DNA of 64,000 nt from Pirellulales bacterium (GTDB lineage: Bacteria > Planctomycetota > Planctomycetia > Pirellulales > JALHPA01), in the NCBI GenBank assembly GCA_040901795.1, contig JBBDYH010000167.1, forward strand, positions 165,314 to 229,313, read 5' to 3'. Position numbers and translations under genes: made by a program. Positions 40,789 through 49,900 of this stretch are shown here, one piece after another; within the stretch, counting starts at the first letter, position 1; each line of letters starts with the position of its first letter. The notes under the pieces are model-generated. The model was not told the DNA's origin and did not search any database. It saw only the letters and a program-made list of their open reading frames with translations.

Positions 40789-42417
40789 ATGCGGACACCG
40801 CCTGCCAACGCCGCTTTGACCCCGCGCCATTTGGCGACTGTTCTCGCCGCGCTTGCAACGGCGGCATTTGCAGGTATCGCAATCTCACTGGCCGACGCAC
40901 GCAGCCGCGGTTTGCTTAGCAACACCTTGCAGCTTGCCGCCGGGGCGCTGTTGATAGCGGTTCCCGTCGGCGGTTTTCTGGGACTGATGTTCGCCCGCAC
41001 AGAGGTCTGGGGCCGGCGCGTCGCCATGCTATTTCTAGGTGGTCTGCTGCTTGTGCCGCACTATTTGCAAGCCGCCGCCTGGCAGGCCGGCTTCGGCGTC
41101 GAAGGCTGGCAGACGTCGCTGCAAGCCGGCGGCCTCCGAGTTCCGTGGCTCGACGGTTGGCGCGGCGCGATCTGGGTCCACGGCTGCGCGGGGATCCCCT
41201 GGGTCGCACTGTTCACCGGCGTCGCGGCCCGCTCGATCCCACGGACCTGGGAAGAATCCGCATTGCTTGATCTTTCGGTGGCACATGTTTTTGTGCGTGT
41301 GACTCTGCGGTCCGTGCTGCCTGCTTTGGTTCTCGGCGCCCTCTGGGTGGCCATCGCGACGATGGCCGAGATGTCGGTCACCGACCTGTTTGCCGTGAGG
41401 ACGTATACCGAGGAGCTTTACATCGAGCTGAACGCCGGAAGCTGGAACGCGATCATGGGAGTCGGGCTGGCCCACGAGGGGCCCGTGCCCGCCGCGGCGG
41501 GCATCTTGGTAACGGCAATCATCGCGGTCGCTGGCCTGGTTCTTGCGCACGGGCTGACGTCTGCGGCGCCGAGACCGTCGAGCGGCCCGCCATTTGTCTT
41601 TTCGCTCGGCCGCTGGTCTCTGCCTTTGACTTTGATCACCTGGTGCTTCATCAGTGCTGTGGTGCTGTTGCCGCTGGGGAGTCTGATTTACAAAGCGGGA
41701 GCATTGGTCACTCAAACGGACCTTGGTTTCGAGCGCGGCTGGTCGGCGTGGAAGACGATCGCAATGACGTTTTCCAGTCCGCTCGACCACCCGTCCGAGT
41801 TCCGTTGGTCGCTGATTATGGCCAGTTGCACCGCCAGCGTGACGCTGCTTGTCGCCGTACCACTGGCCTATGCGACGCGGACAAGCCGGTTTGCCGGCCT
41901 CGTGGCGCTGGCGCTTGCCGTTGGCGGCCTGGCCGTGCCGGGTCCGCTCTTGAGCTTGGGCTTAATTCCGGTTTTCAACGATCCGGAATGGCCGTGGCTG
42001 AATTATCTCTACGATCGCACGATCGCTGTCGCGGTGCTCGCCCAAGCGACGCGCGCGTTTCCGCTCGCATTCTTTCTGGCGTGGTGCGGGTTGCGTACCA
42101 TCCCACAATCGCACCTCGAAGCCGCGCAGCTCGACGGTGCTGGACCGCTGAAGCGGGTTTGGCTTGCCGTGCGCGAGCGGCCGGCCGCGGTCGCACTTGC
42201 GGCGCTGGCGGCCTTTGTGATATCGCTAGGCGAGCTTGCCGCGACGATCCTGGTGGCGCCACCGGGAATCGAGCCCCTGTCGGTGCGCATCTTTGGACTT
42301 TTGCACTACAACGTCGAGGACCAGGTGGCGGCTATCAGCCTGATGTTGATTTTGCTGCACGCCGCCGCCACGTGGGTGGTGCTGGCGGCGGGCCGACGCG
42401 TGTTTCGCATTGGGTAG
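40789..42417 (+). CDS. ABC transporter permease, fused two-domain FbpB/ThiP type (iron(III)/thiamine family)
   Basis: About 12 transmembrane helices. Conserved permease loop MAEMSVTDLFAVRTYTEELYIELNAG and second-domain loop LGELAATILVAPPGIEPLSVRIFGLLHYN are present. The track ORF begins at a TTG at 40744; the ATG at 40789 is used. No ATPase or binding-protein gene is adjacent. Confidence 0.75.
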   Translation: MRTPPANAALTPRHLATVLAALATAAFAGIAISLADARSRGLLSNTLQLAAGALLIAVPVGGFLGLMFARTEVWGRRVAMLFLGGLLLVPHYLQAAAWQAGFGVEGWQTSLQAGGLRVPWLDGWRGAIWVHGCAGIPWVALFTGVAARSIPRTWEESALLDLSVAHVFVRVTLRSVLPALVLGALWVAIATMAEMSVTDLFAVRTYTEELYIELNAGSWNAIMGVGLAHEGPVPAAAGILVTAIIAVAGLVLAHGLTSAAPRPSSGPPFVFSLGRWSLPLTLITWCFISAVVLLPLGSLIYKAGALVTQTDLGFERGWSAWKTIAMTFSSPLDHPSEFRWSLIMASCTASVTLLVAVPLAYATRTSRFAGLVALALAVGGLAVPGPLLSLGLIPVFNDPEWPWLNYLYDRTIAVAVLAQATRAFPLAFFLAWCGLRTIPQSHLEAAQLDGAGPLKRVWLAVRERPAAVALAALAAFVISLGELAATILVAPPGIEPLSVRIFGLLHYNVEDQVAAISLMLILLHAAATWVVLAAGRRVFRIG

Positions 42418-42420
42418 AGT

Positions 42421-43566
42421 ATGATGGAAAGTATGCGTCCCTTGCTTGCCACTTTCTTCTGGCTCAATCTGGCCGTGGCTGCCTGCGCGCTCGATCACGT
42501 TGCATTTCGCCGCGACGGGAAGGACACGAGCGTTTCGGGCCGGCTGATCGTCAAGGCCGAGGACGGTGGCCTGATGATTATGAGTCCGGACGGGGAACTT
42601 TGGAGCATCCAGCCCGACGAACTGATCGACCATCGCGATGATGAGACGCCGTTCGTGCCTCAATCTCCCGACGACGCCGCCCGCGCGATGCTCCAGCAGC
42701 TCCCAGAAGGCTTTGAAGTCTACCGGACCGCACATTACGTAATCTGTCACAACACCTCCAGGGCGTATGCACAGTGGTGCGGCGCGCTCTACGAGAGGCT
42801 GTACAGCGGCTTCATCAACTATTGGAGGCACAGGGGTTTTGAGTTGCACGAGCCGGCACTGCCGCTGGTGTGCGTCGTCTTCGCAAACCAGGGATCGTAT
42901 GCGCAGTTTGCCCAAGACGAGCTAGGCGACGGCGTCGAGCGGATCGTGGCGTATTACAGCCTCCGCACGAATCGCGTGACGATGTTCGATCTCGCCGGAC
43001 TCGAGTCGCTTCGCCGGCCCAGCGACCGTCGCGGCACGACCGCGCAGATCAGCCAGATGCTCGCCCGGCCGGAAGCCACGCGAATGGTCGCCACGGTTAT
43101 TCACGAGGCAAGCCATCAGATCGCGTTCAACTGTGGCCTGCACGCGCGCTTCGCCGACATTCCGCTGTGGGTGAGTGAAGGCGTGGCGATGTATTTCGAG
43201 GCGCCGGACCTTGCGAACTCGCAGGGCTGGAAAACGATCGGCCAGGTCAATCGCCCGCGGCTAAAAACGCTCCGCGAATACCAGATGCGGCGCCCGGCCG
43301 GGTCGCTGCACTCGCTCATCGTCGACGACAAGCGGCTTCGCGACCCCCGCCAGGCGACCGAAGCGTATGCCGAGGCCTGGGCGCTCAACTACTTTTTGAT
43401 CCGGCAGAAGCCGAAGGAGTACGTCAAATATTTGCAGCAGCTTTCGCAGAAAGGGGCGCTCGTCTGGGATGAACCGGAGGAGCGGCTTTGCGAGTTTGAG
43501 GCCGCGTTTGGAAAACTGGATAAGCTCGATGTGGAATTCGTGCGGTATATGCGCAAAGTGCGGTAG
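42421..43566 (+). CDS. DUF1570-like secreted protein with HEXXH motif (putative zinc metallopeptidase)
   Basis: Signal peptide MMESMRPLLATFFWLNLAVAACA. VIHEASHQIAFNCGLH (HEXXH) is followed by WVSEGVAMYFE. The overall architecture is typical of the planctomycete DUF1570 family. Confidence 0.55.
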   Translation: MMESMRPLLATFFWLNLAVAACALDHVAFRRDGKDTSVSGRLIVKAEDGGLMIMSPDGELWSIQPDELIDHRDDETPFVPQSPDDAARAMLQQLPEGFEVYRTAHYVICHNTSRAYAQWCGALYERLYSGFINYWRHRGFELHEPALPLVCVVFANQGSYAQFAQDELGDGVERIVAYYSLRTNRVTMFDLAGLESLRRPSDRRGTTAQISQMLARPEATRMVATVIHEASHQIAFNCGLHARFADIPLWVSEGVAMYFEAPDLANSQGWKTIGQVNRPRLKTLREYQMRRPAGSLHSLIVDDKRLRDPRQATEAYAEAWALNYFLIRQKPKEYVKYLQQLSQKGALVWDEPEERLCEFEAAFGKLDKLDVEFVRYMRKVR

Positions 43567-43591
43567 GCCTCGATATCAATGACGCCGCACA

Positions 43592-43852
43592 TTACTCCTG
43601 GCCATTGCCTTGTGGATGCGCCTTTACCGGAAGATTTTCGATGGCTGAAATGTGGACAATTGAGACTTGCGAGGTTGTATTAAAGTATCGCGGGTTTTTC
43701 GAGCTCGCGCTGCCAACCACCAACAAGCGCTCGCCGACCAGTACCAGATCCGGATGGTGAATGTCGTAGCTCTCTCCCGAACTCGTGATGATTCGCAGAG
43801 GCGTGAACGGCGATTCGCGGATACGGGCGTAGATGTCGTCGGGCGTGAACAT
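43592..43852 (-). CDS. hypothetical protein (86 aa) immediately downstream of dnaA
   Basis: ATG ORF on the same strand, 114 nt after the dnaA stop. No recognisable domain. Confidence 0.35.
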   Translation of the reverse strand: MFTPDDIYARIRESPFTPLRIITSSGESYDIHHPDLVLVGERLLVVGSASSKNPRYFNTTSQVSIVHISAIENLPVKAHPQGNGQE

Positions 43853-43965
43853 ACTGGCCTCACGTTAAAAGGGATCTTTCCTCGATCCATTTTATGCCGA
43901 CTGCTCCGACGTTGCTACACGACGGCGATCCCGGAATGCGACGCGCTTCCTGAGCACCGTCACCC

Positions 43966-45423
43966 TCATCCCGCACGCAGCTTGGCCTCCACACGCCGGA
44001 TAGCATCCTCGGCCTTACAAGTCGTATCGGACGACAACCGCAGCTCCGTCTGCTCGGCCACCCATTTGCCGACGGCCTTGTGCGCCGCGATGACGGTGCT
44101 GTGGCTGCGGCGGCCAAAGTAGTGGCCAATTTCGCTCAAGGCGGCGCGTGTGTGTTTGCGTGCCAGCCACATCGCGACCATTCGCGGCGCATTGAGTGCT
44201 TTCGAACGCCGGCTTTGTTGCAACGTTTCCCGGTTCAGTCCAAATATTTCGCACACCGCCTTTTCAATCTGCTGAAACTGAACCGGCTTGGCGCGCTGCT
44301 GAATCAAGTCAGCCAGCGCTTCCTCGGCAATGGACCTGGTGATCGGCTCGCGGCGAATGCGCGACGCCGCCAGGAGTTGGTGGAGAGCACCGATCAGCTC
44401 GCGCGCGTGAGAGGTGAGATGCGTCGCCACAAACTCCGGCACGTCGTCGTCAATCTGCAAACCAAGTGCGGCAGCCCGCTTGCGGACAATCCCCACTCGC
44501 ATGGCATGGTCCGCCGCGGTTACTTTCGCCACCATGCCGCCGGACAAGCGCGTGATAAGCTGAGGGCATAGTTCAGTGAGCTCCGCCAGCGGTCGGTCGG
44601 CTGCCACGACCAACTGTCGCCCTTGTCGCACCAGCGTGTCGAGCGTATTCGAGAACTCAACCAGCGTGGCAGCTTTGCCCGCAAAAAACTGCAGGTCGTC
44701 CAGGATCAGCAAATCAACGGCTCGATACTTGTGTCGAAAGCTCGGCAAGCCGCTCCGATGCAGCGCCTCGAGGAACGTCGTAGTGAATTGCTCGGCCGTC
44801 AGAAAGATGGCATTGAGGTTGGGGTGCAGCCGACGCAACTCGCTCAGCAAGCCCTCAAGCAAGTGCGTCTTTCCGACGCCTGTGGGTCCATGGATGAACA
44901 GCGGATTGACGCTCCCCGGTTTGTCGATCACCATCTCAGCGGCCGCGAATGCGAGCCGATTTGTCGAGCCAACCACGAAACTCTCCAGGGCCGCGTATTT
45001 ACGGCCCAGCGACGCGACGGGGACCGGCAAGTTTTTTGTTGCGCGTTTTGAGGGTGGATCGAGCAGCAGCGTTCTGGCAGTCGCTTCAATGGATGCGGGC
45101 TGGAGATCCTCGTCAAACGTAAACTGCCGCTGCGGATCGGTGGCCGCAGTGCGCTCCGCTTGCTGCTTGGCGTCCAGAGCCGGCACAATGCGAAACTCCA
45201 CTTCCAACGCTCGGCCAAGCACCTCTTGGCAAACGGTCTCCAGATCGCGCCGAAAATTCCGCCGCAGCCAGTTCTGATGGAACTGGTTGGGCACGTGGAC
45301 TGCCAGCGTGGACTCGCCCAAGACAAGCCGCACGTTGGGTCCAAACCAGAGTTCGAAGCGGTCGCTGCCGATCTTATCGGCCAAACGAGTACGCACCGCC
45401 GCAACGACTTCCGTATCGTCCAT
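43966..45423 (-). CDS. dnaA: chromosomal replication initiator DnaA
   Basis: AAA+ domain IHGPTGVGKTHLLEGL. Domain IV is ALNAPRMVAMWLARKHTRAALSEIGHYFGRRSHSTVIAAHKAV (DnaA-box binding HTH). The ATG is at 45423 (MDDTEV). Confidence 0.9.
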   Translation of the reverse strand: MDDTEVVAAVRTRLADKIGSDRFELWFGPNVRLVLGESTLAVHVPNQFHQNWLRRNFRRDLETVCQEVLGRALEVEFRIVPALDAKQQAERTAATDPQRQFTFDEDLQPASIEATARTLLLDPPSKRATKNLPVPVASLGRKYAALESFVVGSTNRLAFAAAEMVIDKPGSVNPLFIHGPTGVGKTHLLEGLLSELRRLHPNLNAIFLTAEQFTTTFLEALHRSGLPSFRHKYRAVDLLILDDLQFFAGKAATLVEFSNTLDTLVRQGRQLVVAADRPLAELTELCPQLITRLSGGMVAKVTAADHAMRVGIVRKRAAALGLQIDDDVPEFVATHLTSHARELIGALHQLLAASRIRREPITRSIAEEALADLIQQRAKPVQFQQIEKAVCEIFGLNRETLQQSRRSKALNAPRMVAMWLARKHTRAALSEIGHYFGRRSHSTVIAAHKAVGKWVAEQTELRLSSDTTCKAEDAIRRVEAKLRAG

Positions 45424-45956
45424 GGTCTTTTCCTGACCGGTTGTACGAGCGCGCGCCGGCTTCCGCATCTGACCTTCGTAGTCAGAGTTGACCCTGTAAA
45501 GGAAGTCAAGTTGCCGACGAGAACGCGGCCCGAGTCGTGAACAGCAAAGAGGCGGCTTACCGCAGTGAGCGCTTCGTTTCGACTTTGAATCGAACCGAAA
45601 TACGCGGAATGCATTACGGCAAGTCGAACTTCTCCTGGCCGTCAATGGATTGTTTGTGTCACCCGACTCGCCGATTGTAGCGGCGTCAAGTGTGCTGTCA
45701 AACAGATGCTAGCACGAAAAAATTGGCATCGGTTTTCTGGTTGAATCGGCGCTGGGAATTCGTCGTGAAATCCGCCTTGTCAAGGAGTCGGATGCGTCGG
45801 AAATTTTTTTCCGGCGAAGATTCGGGCCGCGTGGAAAACCTGTTCGGTTTTGATGCAGGGCGTGTGTGCAGCATGATCAACGTTGTCGTAACTCATTGAT
45901 TCGTGAAGAGAAACAGCGACGCATCGCATGCGCTGAGATTTTCGTTGGATCCGCCA

Positions 45957-46892
45957 TCACAGAACCGCCTGGCTTATTACCTGAGGCGAGGCGTGCACGT
46001 AGACGAATACGCTGCGCCGATCCCAGCTCACAAAACCGGCCGCAGCGTACATCGCAATCGCCGGTTCGTTCGCCGCATCGACGGCGAGGACTACCCGCTC
46101 TACGCGCTCACATGCCGCCAACCACTGCGCATTTCGCGTCATTTCCAGCCCAAGTCCTCTTCCCCGTGCTTCGGGCACAACTCCCATGTAGATGAGTTCC
46201 CAGACCGGTTCGCGGGCATGATCCGCCAGCAACATGCAACCGACGTCTTCGTTGTGCAAGCGCGCGATGAACCATAGCTCGGGCCTAAAACGTCCTGCCG
46301 CGCGATAACCCGCAAGCACATCGTCGATCGATCGCACGCCGTCGAGCGCCGGACAGTCGCAACTGCCGGCGTAAGTCCGCTCGACAATACGCTCCAAGCG
46401 GCGATGATCTGCCTCGACGAGAGGCACGAGATTCAGCTTTGTCGTGGGCACGGAGCTGGGGAACTGCGCGGCCAGGCTCACCAGGTACAAGAGATCGGCG
46501 ACGTGCGAGAATCCCGCCCGCCGAAGGGTGTCCGCCTCAACGCCCGCGTCGGTCGGCAGCAACGACTGGACGAGCGCGGCATCTTGCGAACGCGCGACGT
46601 CAAGCGCCTTGGTAACCAGCGCCACCGCGATTGCTGGTTCTTCTGGCGTTGCCTGAACCGGCGGCCAAAGGTTCGCCGTCCTCCCCGGCTGACCCTGCAA
46701 CCAACAGACGGTGTGCAGTGCGTCGTCGCGAAAATGCCCCAACAGTCCAGCCGCCAGCAACGGGTCCGAGCTAAGCGCCGCGCCAATCGTCGCCTTCTGC
46801 CGCGTCCGAATCTCGGCGGGCAGTTGCGAAACAAGGAGGTCCATCGCTTCGGACCAGCGCTGGGGTGGGACCACAGTAAGCAAGTCGCTCAT
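45957..46892 (-). CDS. GNAT-family N-acetyltransferase (tandem GNAT, MshD/Eis-like architecture)
   Basis: C-terminal motif A is VGCMLLADHAREPVWELIYMGVVPEARGRGLGLEM. A degenerate N-terminal GNAT half precedes it. Confidence 0.6.
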   Translation of the reverse strand: MSDLLTVVPPQRWSEAMDLLVSQLPAEIRTRQKATIGAALSSDPLLAAGLLGHFRDDALHTVCWLQGQPGRTANLWPPVQATPEEPAIAVALVTKALDVARSQDAALVQSLLPTDAGVEADTLRRAGFSHVADLLYLVSLAAQFPSSVPTTKLNLVPLVEADHRRLERIVERTYAGSCDCPALDGVRSIDDVLAGYRAAGRFRPELWFIARLHNEDVGCMLLADHAREPVWELIYMGVVPEARGRGLGLEMTRNAQWLAACERVERVVLAVDAANEPAIAMYAAAGFVSWDRRSVFVYVHASPQVISQAVL

Positions 46893-46987
46893 TAACGCTC
46901 CATCAAACTGAGCTTCGGGACGCAGATTTGCAACAAGCTATAATATCCCGTTGGAGTCCATGCTTCAGCTTGCTGCGAGGGCCAATC

Positions 46988-48046
46988 ATGTTAATCCAAA
47001 GATCTCGGCTGGTGACGCTCCTGCTTGCTACGGCCGCAATCGTCGTTAGCAAATCTTCTTCTTCGCTAGCGCAGCCCGTTTTTCCGCCCGCTGCGGCGAA
47101 ACCCGAGGAAGGCGAGCGCCCCGCACCGCCGGAAGCGGATCGCGAACCGGGTTATCTAGGCCTGATGGGGGATGATCGCCACGATGAGGGAGCCGGAGTG
47201 CTCATTGTACGAGTCGTCGAAGGGACCCCCGCGGCCGAGGCGGGCCTTGCGGTCGATGATCTAATCGTCGCCATCGACGGTCAGAAGGTAGGCTCGCTCG
47301 ATGCCATGGCCGCACAACTTCAGCCGCACGCGGCCGGCAAAAAAGTTCGCTTCGAAATCCGCCGCGGCGATACCCTGGAAAAAATTGAGGTGACTCTTGG
47401 CCGCCGTCCACCGCGCGGTGAGCGACCTTTCGAATTTGGCCGCATTCCGCAGAGCGGCGCAGCATCGAACAGAGTCGCTCCACCGGCCGAGGCCGTGCCG
47501 CGACCGGCTACGGGACCTACGCCGCCTGATCCGGCGGTGATGCGAACGCCGCGCGGACAATTGCTCGGGATTCGCACCGGCGTGGTTACCGAGGAGGCTC
47601 GGCAACGGCTCCGCTTGCCACAAGCCGCCGGCGCACGCGTCGTGTCGCGGGTCGTCGGTTCACCGGCAGACCAGGCGGGAATTCCGCTCGAGGCGGTAAT
47701 CGTCGCGGTCGATGATCAGCCAGTGACGAAGCCGATCGATCTAGCGCAGCTCATTGAAGCGGCCGGCCCCGGCAAAGAAGTTGAACTGACCTATTATGGC
47801 GGCGGCGAACGGCGAATGCGACGCGTTCGATTGGCAAACATCGAAAGCAGACCGTCCGCCGAAGAGGGACCTCAGGTAGATCCACGCACCGTTGCGCGGC
47901 CATTTGGCCAGCAACAGTCGCCAGCCGATGCTGCGGAGCGCATCGAACAACTTGAGCGCCGCCTCCGCGAATTGGAGCAGCGCGTCAAGGAACTCGAACG
48001 CGCGATCAGTGCGCCTCCTACGGAGCCACCCGCCGCGGCGCGCTAG
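46988..48046 (+). CDS. secreted tandem-PDZ domain protein with C-terminal coiled coil
   Basis: GAGGG lies upstream of the ATG, and the signal peptide is MLIQRSRLVTLLLATAAIVV. PDZ blocks are GVLIVRVVEGTPAAEAGLAVDDLIVAIDGQKV and ARVVSRVVGSPADQAGIPLEAVIVAVDDQPV. The C-terminus is AERIEQLERRLRELEQRVKELE. Confidence 0.7.
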   Translation: MLIQRSRLVTLLLATAAIVVSKSSSSLAQPVFPPAAAKPEEGERPAPPEADREPGYLGLMGDDRHDEGAGVLIVRVVEGTPAAEAGLAVDDLIVAIDGQKVGSLDAMAAQLQPHAAGKKVRFEIRRGDTLEKIEVTLGRRPPRGERPFEFGRIPQSGAASNRVAPPAEAVPRPATGPTPPDPAVMRTPRGQLLGIRTGVVTEEARQRLRLPQAAGARVVSRVVGSPADQAGIPLEAVIVAVDDQPVTKPIDLAQLIEAAGPGKEVELTYYGGGERRMRRVRLANIESRPSAEEGPQVDPRTVARPFGQQQSPADAAERIEQLERRLRELEQRVKELERAISAPPTEPPAAAR

Positions 48047-48055
48047 CCGCCGCCC

Positions 48056-48718
48056 TTACTTGTGCGGCCAACTGTTGAGCACCATCTCAATGTCGTAGCG
48101 CGCATGGGGCGCGCTGGCCTTCACCACTGGCACGGCCTTGATCTTCAATTCGCTCACCGGCTTGCCGTTCCAACGCGTCTGATAGAGGTGCAAGCCGGCG
48201 TCCCCGCTGGTTTGCCGCAGCAGCCCGAATCGACCGACGACATGGGCAGAAAGCTTGCGCGGGTCCCCGACCGATCCCTGCAATGTGATCTTTTGGCAGG
48301 CCTGCCGCGCGTTGAAGTAATACGTCAGCGATCCTGCGATATCGTCCTCTCGAGTGCCGGTGATCAGAGGCACGCGATAGCCTTGGAGTTCGCCTTCCGG
48401 CAATCCGGTCACCACGCGCGGCCAACGCTGAAACAGCCAGGACGGCGTGACGTCAAAGCGGATCGCCTCGACCAGATCAATCACAGGTAGCTCGCCGGGT
48501 TGTGGACGGGCGGGCTGTGGCGCAGTCGTCACTGCAGGAAGAACCGCACTTAGCGTAGACGATGTTACTGCCACGCCACTGGCCGTGCTCGTCTCACCCG
48601 CAGTGGAAGCATCGCCGTTTGCTGCCGAGCGCGAGGCGTTTGACCACTCCGAGGACAGGTACGGCAACACGCCGGCCGCGACGAGGAACAGACCGTAAAA
48701 GAGCACGCGCTGGACCAT
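48056..48718 (-). CDS. hypothetical exported protein (220 aa)
   Basis: ATG start, N-terminal signal or anchor MVQRVLFYGLFLVAAGVLPY, and a Ser/Thr/Ala-rich linker. No domain assigned. Confidence 0.45.
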   Translation of the reverse strand: MVQRVLFYGLFLVAAGVLPYLSSEWSNASRSAANGDASTAGETSTASGVAVTSSTLSAVLPAVTTAPQPARPQPGELPVIDLVEAIRFDVTPSWLFQRWPRVVTGLPEGELQGYRVPLITGTREDDIAGSLTYYFNARQACQKITLQGSVGDPRKLSAHVVGRFGLLRQTSGDAGLHLYQTRWNGKPVSELKIKAVPVVKASAPHARYDIEMVLNSWPHK

Positions 48719-48783
48719 ATCCCATCAATCGGTTCGCGTGCACAAGGCAAAGAAGCTGTGCGGCTGCGTCCGGTAGAAACCGA

Positions 48784-49482
48784 TCAACTCGCATCACTGA
48801 ACGAGCTGCGACTCTGTGGGCCGGCGATCTCCTGAACCAGTCGCCGTGGGACGCCAATGTCGATCACGTGGACTCTGCCGGTAAAGTGTTCGGCGCCGGC
48901 CACCAGAAAGCCCGGCTTGACCGCGACGAACGTGCAGGTTCGATCGGCGACAATTGTGTCGCTTGCCGCGGCGCCCGTGTCGCAATCCAATCCACTCGGC
49001 AAATCCACCGCTACGACCTTCTTTCCCACCCGGTTAATGGCCTGGATGGCGACGTTGTAAGGCGGCTGCGGCTCGCCAGTCGCGCCGGTTCCTAATAGGG
49101 CATCGACGATCCAATCGGCGACAATCAGCCGCGGAATGAGTTGCTCTATGGCGACGTCTTTCTCAACGACGTCGTAAGCGATACCGGCCTTTTCCACGAT
49201 CGACCAGTTCGCCGCCGCATCGCCACTCAGTTCCGCCGGGTCGGCAAAGAGCAATACGCGCACGGATATGCTGCGGTTGTCGAGGTGCCGAGCAATCACG
49301 AAGCCGTCTGCACCGTTGTTCCCTTTGCCGCAGCAGACAACGACCGGCCCGTCCAGGCCGACGGCCAGCATTGCCTCAGCCACGCCCCGGCCCGCGTTTT
49401 CCATCAGCACCAGCCCCGACATGCCGCACTCGTCAATGGCACGACGATCGACCTGCCGGACTTGCTCGCGCGAGAGGATCAT
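48784..49482 (-). CDS. NAD(P)H-hydrate epimerase (YjeF N-terminal domain only)
   Basis: MILSREQVRQVDRRAIDECGMSGLVLMENAGRGVAEAMLAVGLDGPVVVCCGKGNNGADGFVIARHL is the YjeF_N signature. No C-terminal dehydratase domain is fused. Confidence 0.75.
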   Translation of the reverse strand: MILSREQVRQVDRRAIDECGMSGLVLMENAGRGVAEAMLAVGLDGPVVVCCGKGNNGADGFVIARHLDNRSISVRVLLFADPAELSGDAAANWSIVEKAGIAYDVVEKDVAIEQLIPRLIVADWIVDALLGTGATGEPQPPYNVAIQAINRVGKKVVAVDLPSGLDCDTGAAASDTIVADRTCTFVAVKPGFLVAGAEHFTGRVHVIDIGVPRRLVQEIAGPQSRSSFSDAS

Positions 49483-49562
49483 GCTTACTATTGAATCATC
49501 CGGACTCGCGGATGTACATTCGAGTCCACAGCCGGAATACAACGAACAAGGTGAGCCTGAAC

Positions 49563-49799
49563 ATGCCCCTGTATGAATACACTTGCGACCAATGCGACGG
49601 CGAATTTGAGCTGCTCATTCGCTCATCCAAAGATAAGCCGGCGTGTCCGACTTGCGGCACGGCAAAGGTCATCAAGCAGCTCAGCGTTCCGGCCGCACAT
49701 ATTGGCGGCGGAAGTTCGCTTCCCGTCACTGAGGGGCCTCGCGGCGGCTGCGGCCTGCCGCAATGCGGCACGGGCGGCTGTATGGGGATGGGAATGTAG
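49563..49799 (+). CDS. FmdB-family zinc-ribbon protein
   Basis: MPLYEYTCDQCDGEFELLIRSSKDKPACPTCGT... has the two CxxC pairs of the FmdB family. Confidence 0.8.
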   Translation: MPLYEYTCDQCDGEFELLIRSSKDKPACPTCGTAKVIKQLSVPAAHIGGGSSLPVTEGPRGGCGLPQCGTGGCMGMGM

Positions 49800-49833
49800 C
49801 GAGCTTGAGTTGAGAATTTGCCTGGCGGCGAAA

Positions 49834-49853
49834 CCCCGGCCTTCCGGCCGGGG
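49834..49853. terminator. GC-rich hairpin between convergent genes (candidate bidirectional terminator)
   Basis: CCCCGGCC-TTCC-GGCCGGGG lies between the FmdB stop and the heptamer array that follows the minus-strand gene. There is no strong U tract on either side. Confidence 0.35.
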
Positions 49854-49872
49854 CTGCCTTCACTCAACTTGG

Positions 49873-49900
49873 AACCTGAAACCTTAAACCTTGAACCCTT
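49873..49900. repeat. degenerate heptamer array AACCTGA-AACCTTA-AACCTTG-AACCCTT abutting the stop of the 49901 gene
   Basis: It has 7-nt periodicity, is related to CTGAACC, and lies immediately 3' of the TAA of the minus-strand gene. Confidence 0.6.

Noticed and set aside
39530-40790. Possible cobalamin/TPP riboswitch or RNase P RNA in the long leader (e.g. CACCCGGCTTCC resembling part of the RNase P P4 strand)
   Set aside because: No B12 box (GCCACTG), no TPP CUGAGA/ACCUGAUC elements and no GGAAAGUCCGG P4 partner were found. The similarity is limited to about 10 nt.
40170-40919. 249-aa plus-strand ORF in the long region upstream of the ABC permease
   Set aside because: It is extremely Arg/Pro/Ser-rich with no hydrophobic core. 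It runs out of frame into the permease start and looks like a chance open frame in non-coding DNA.
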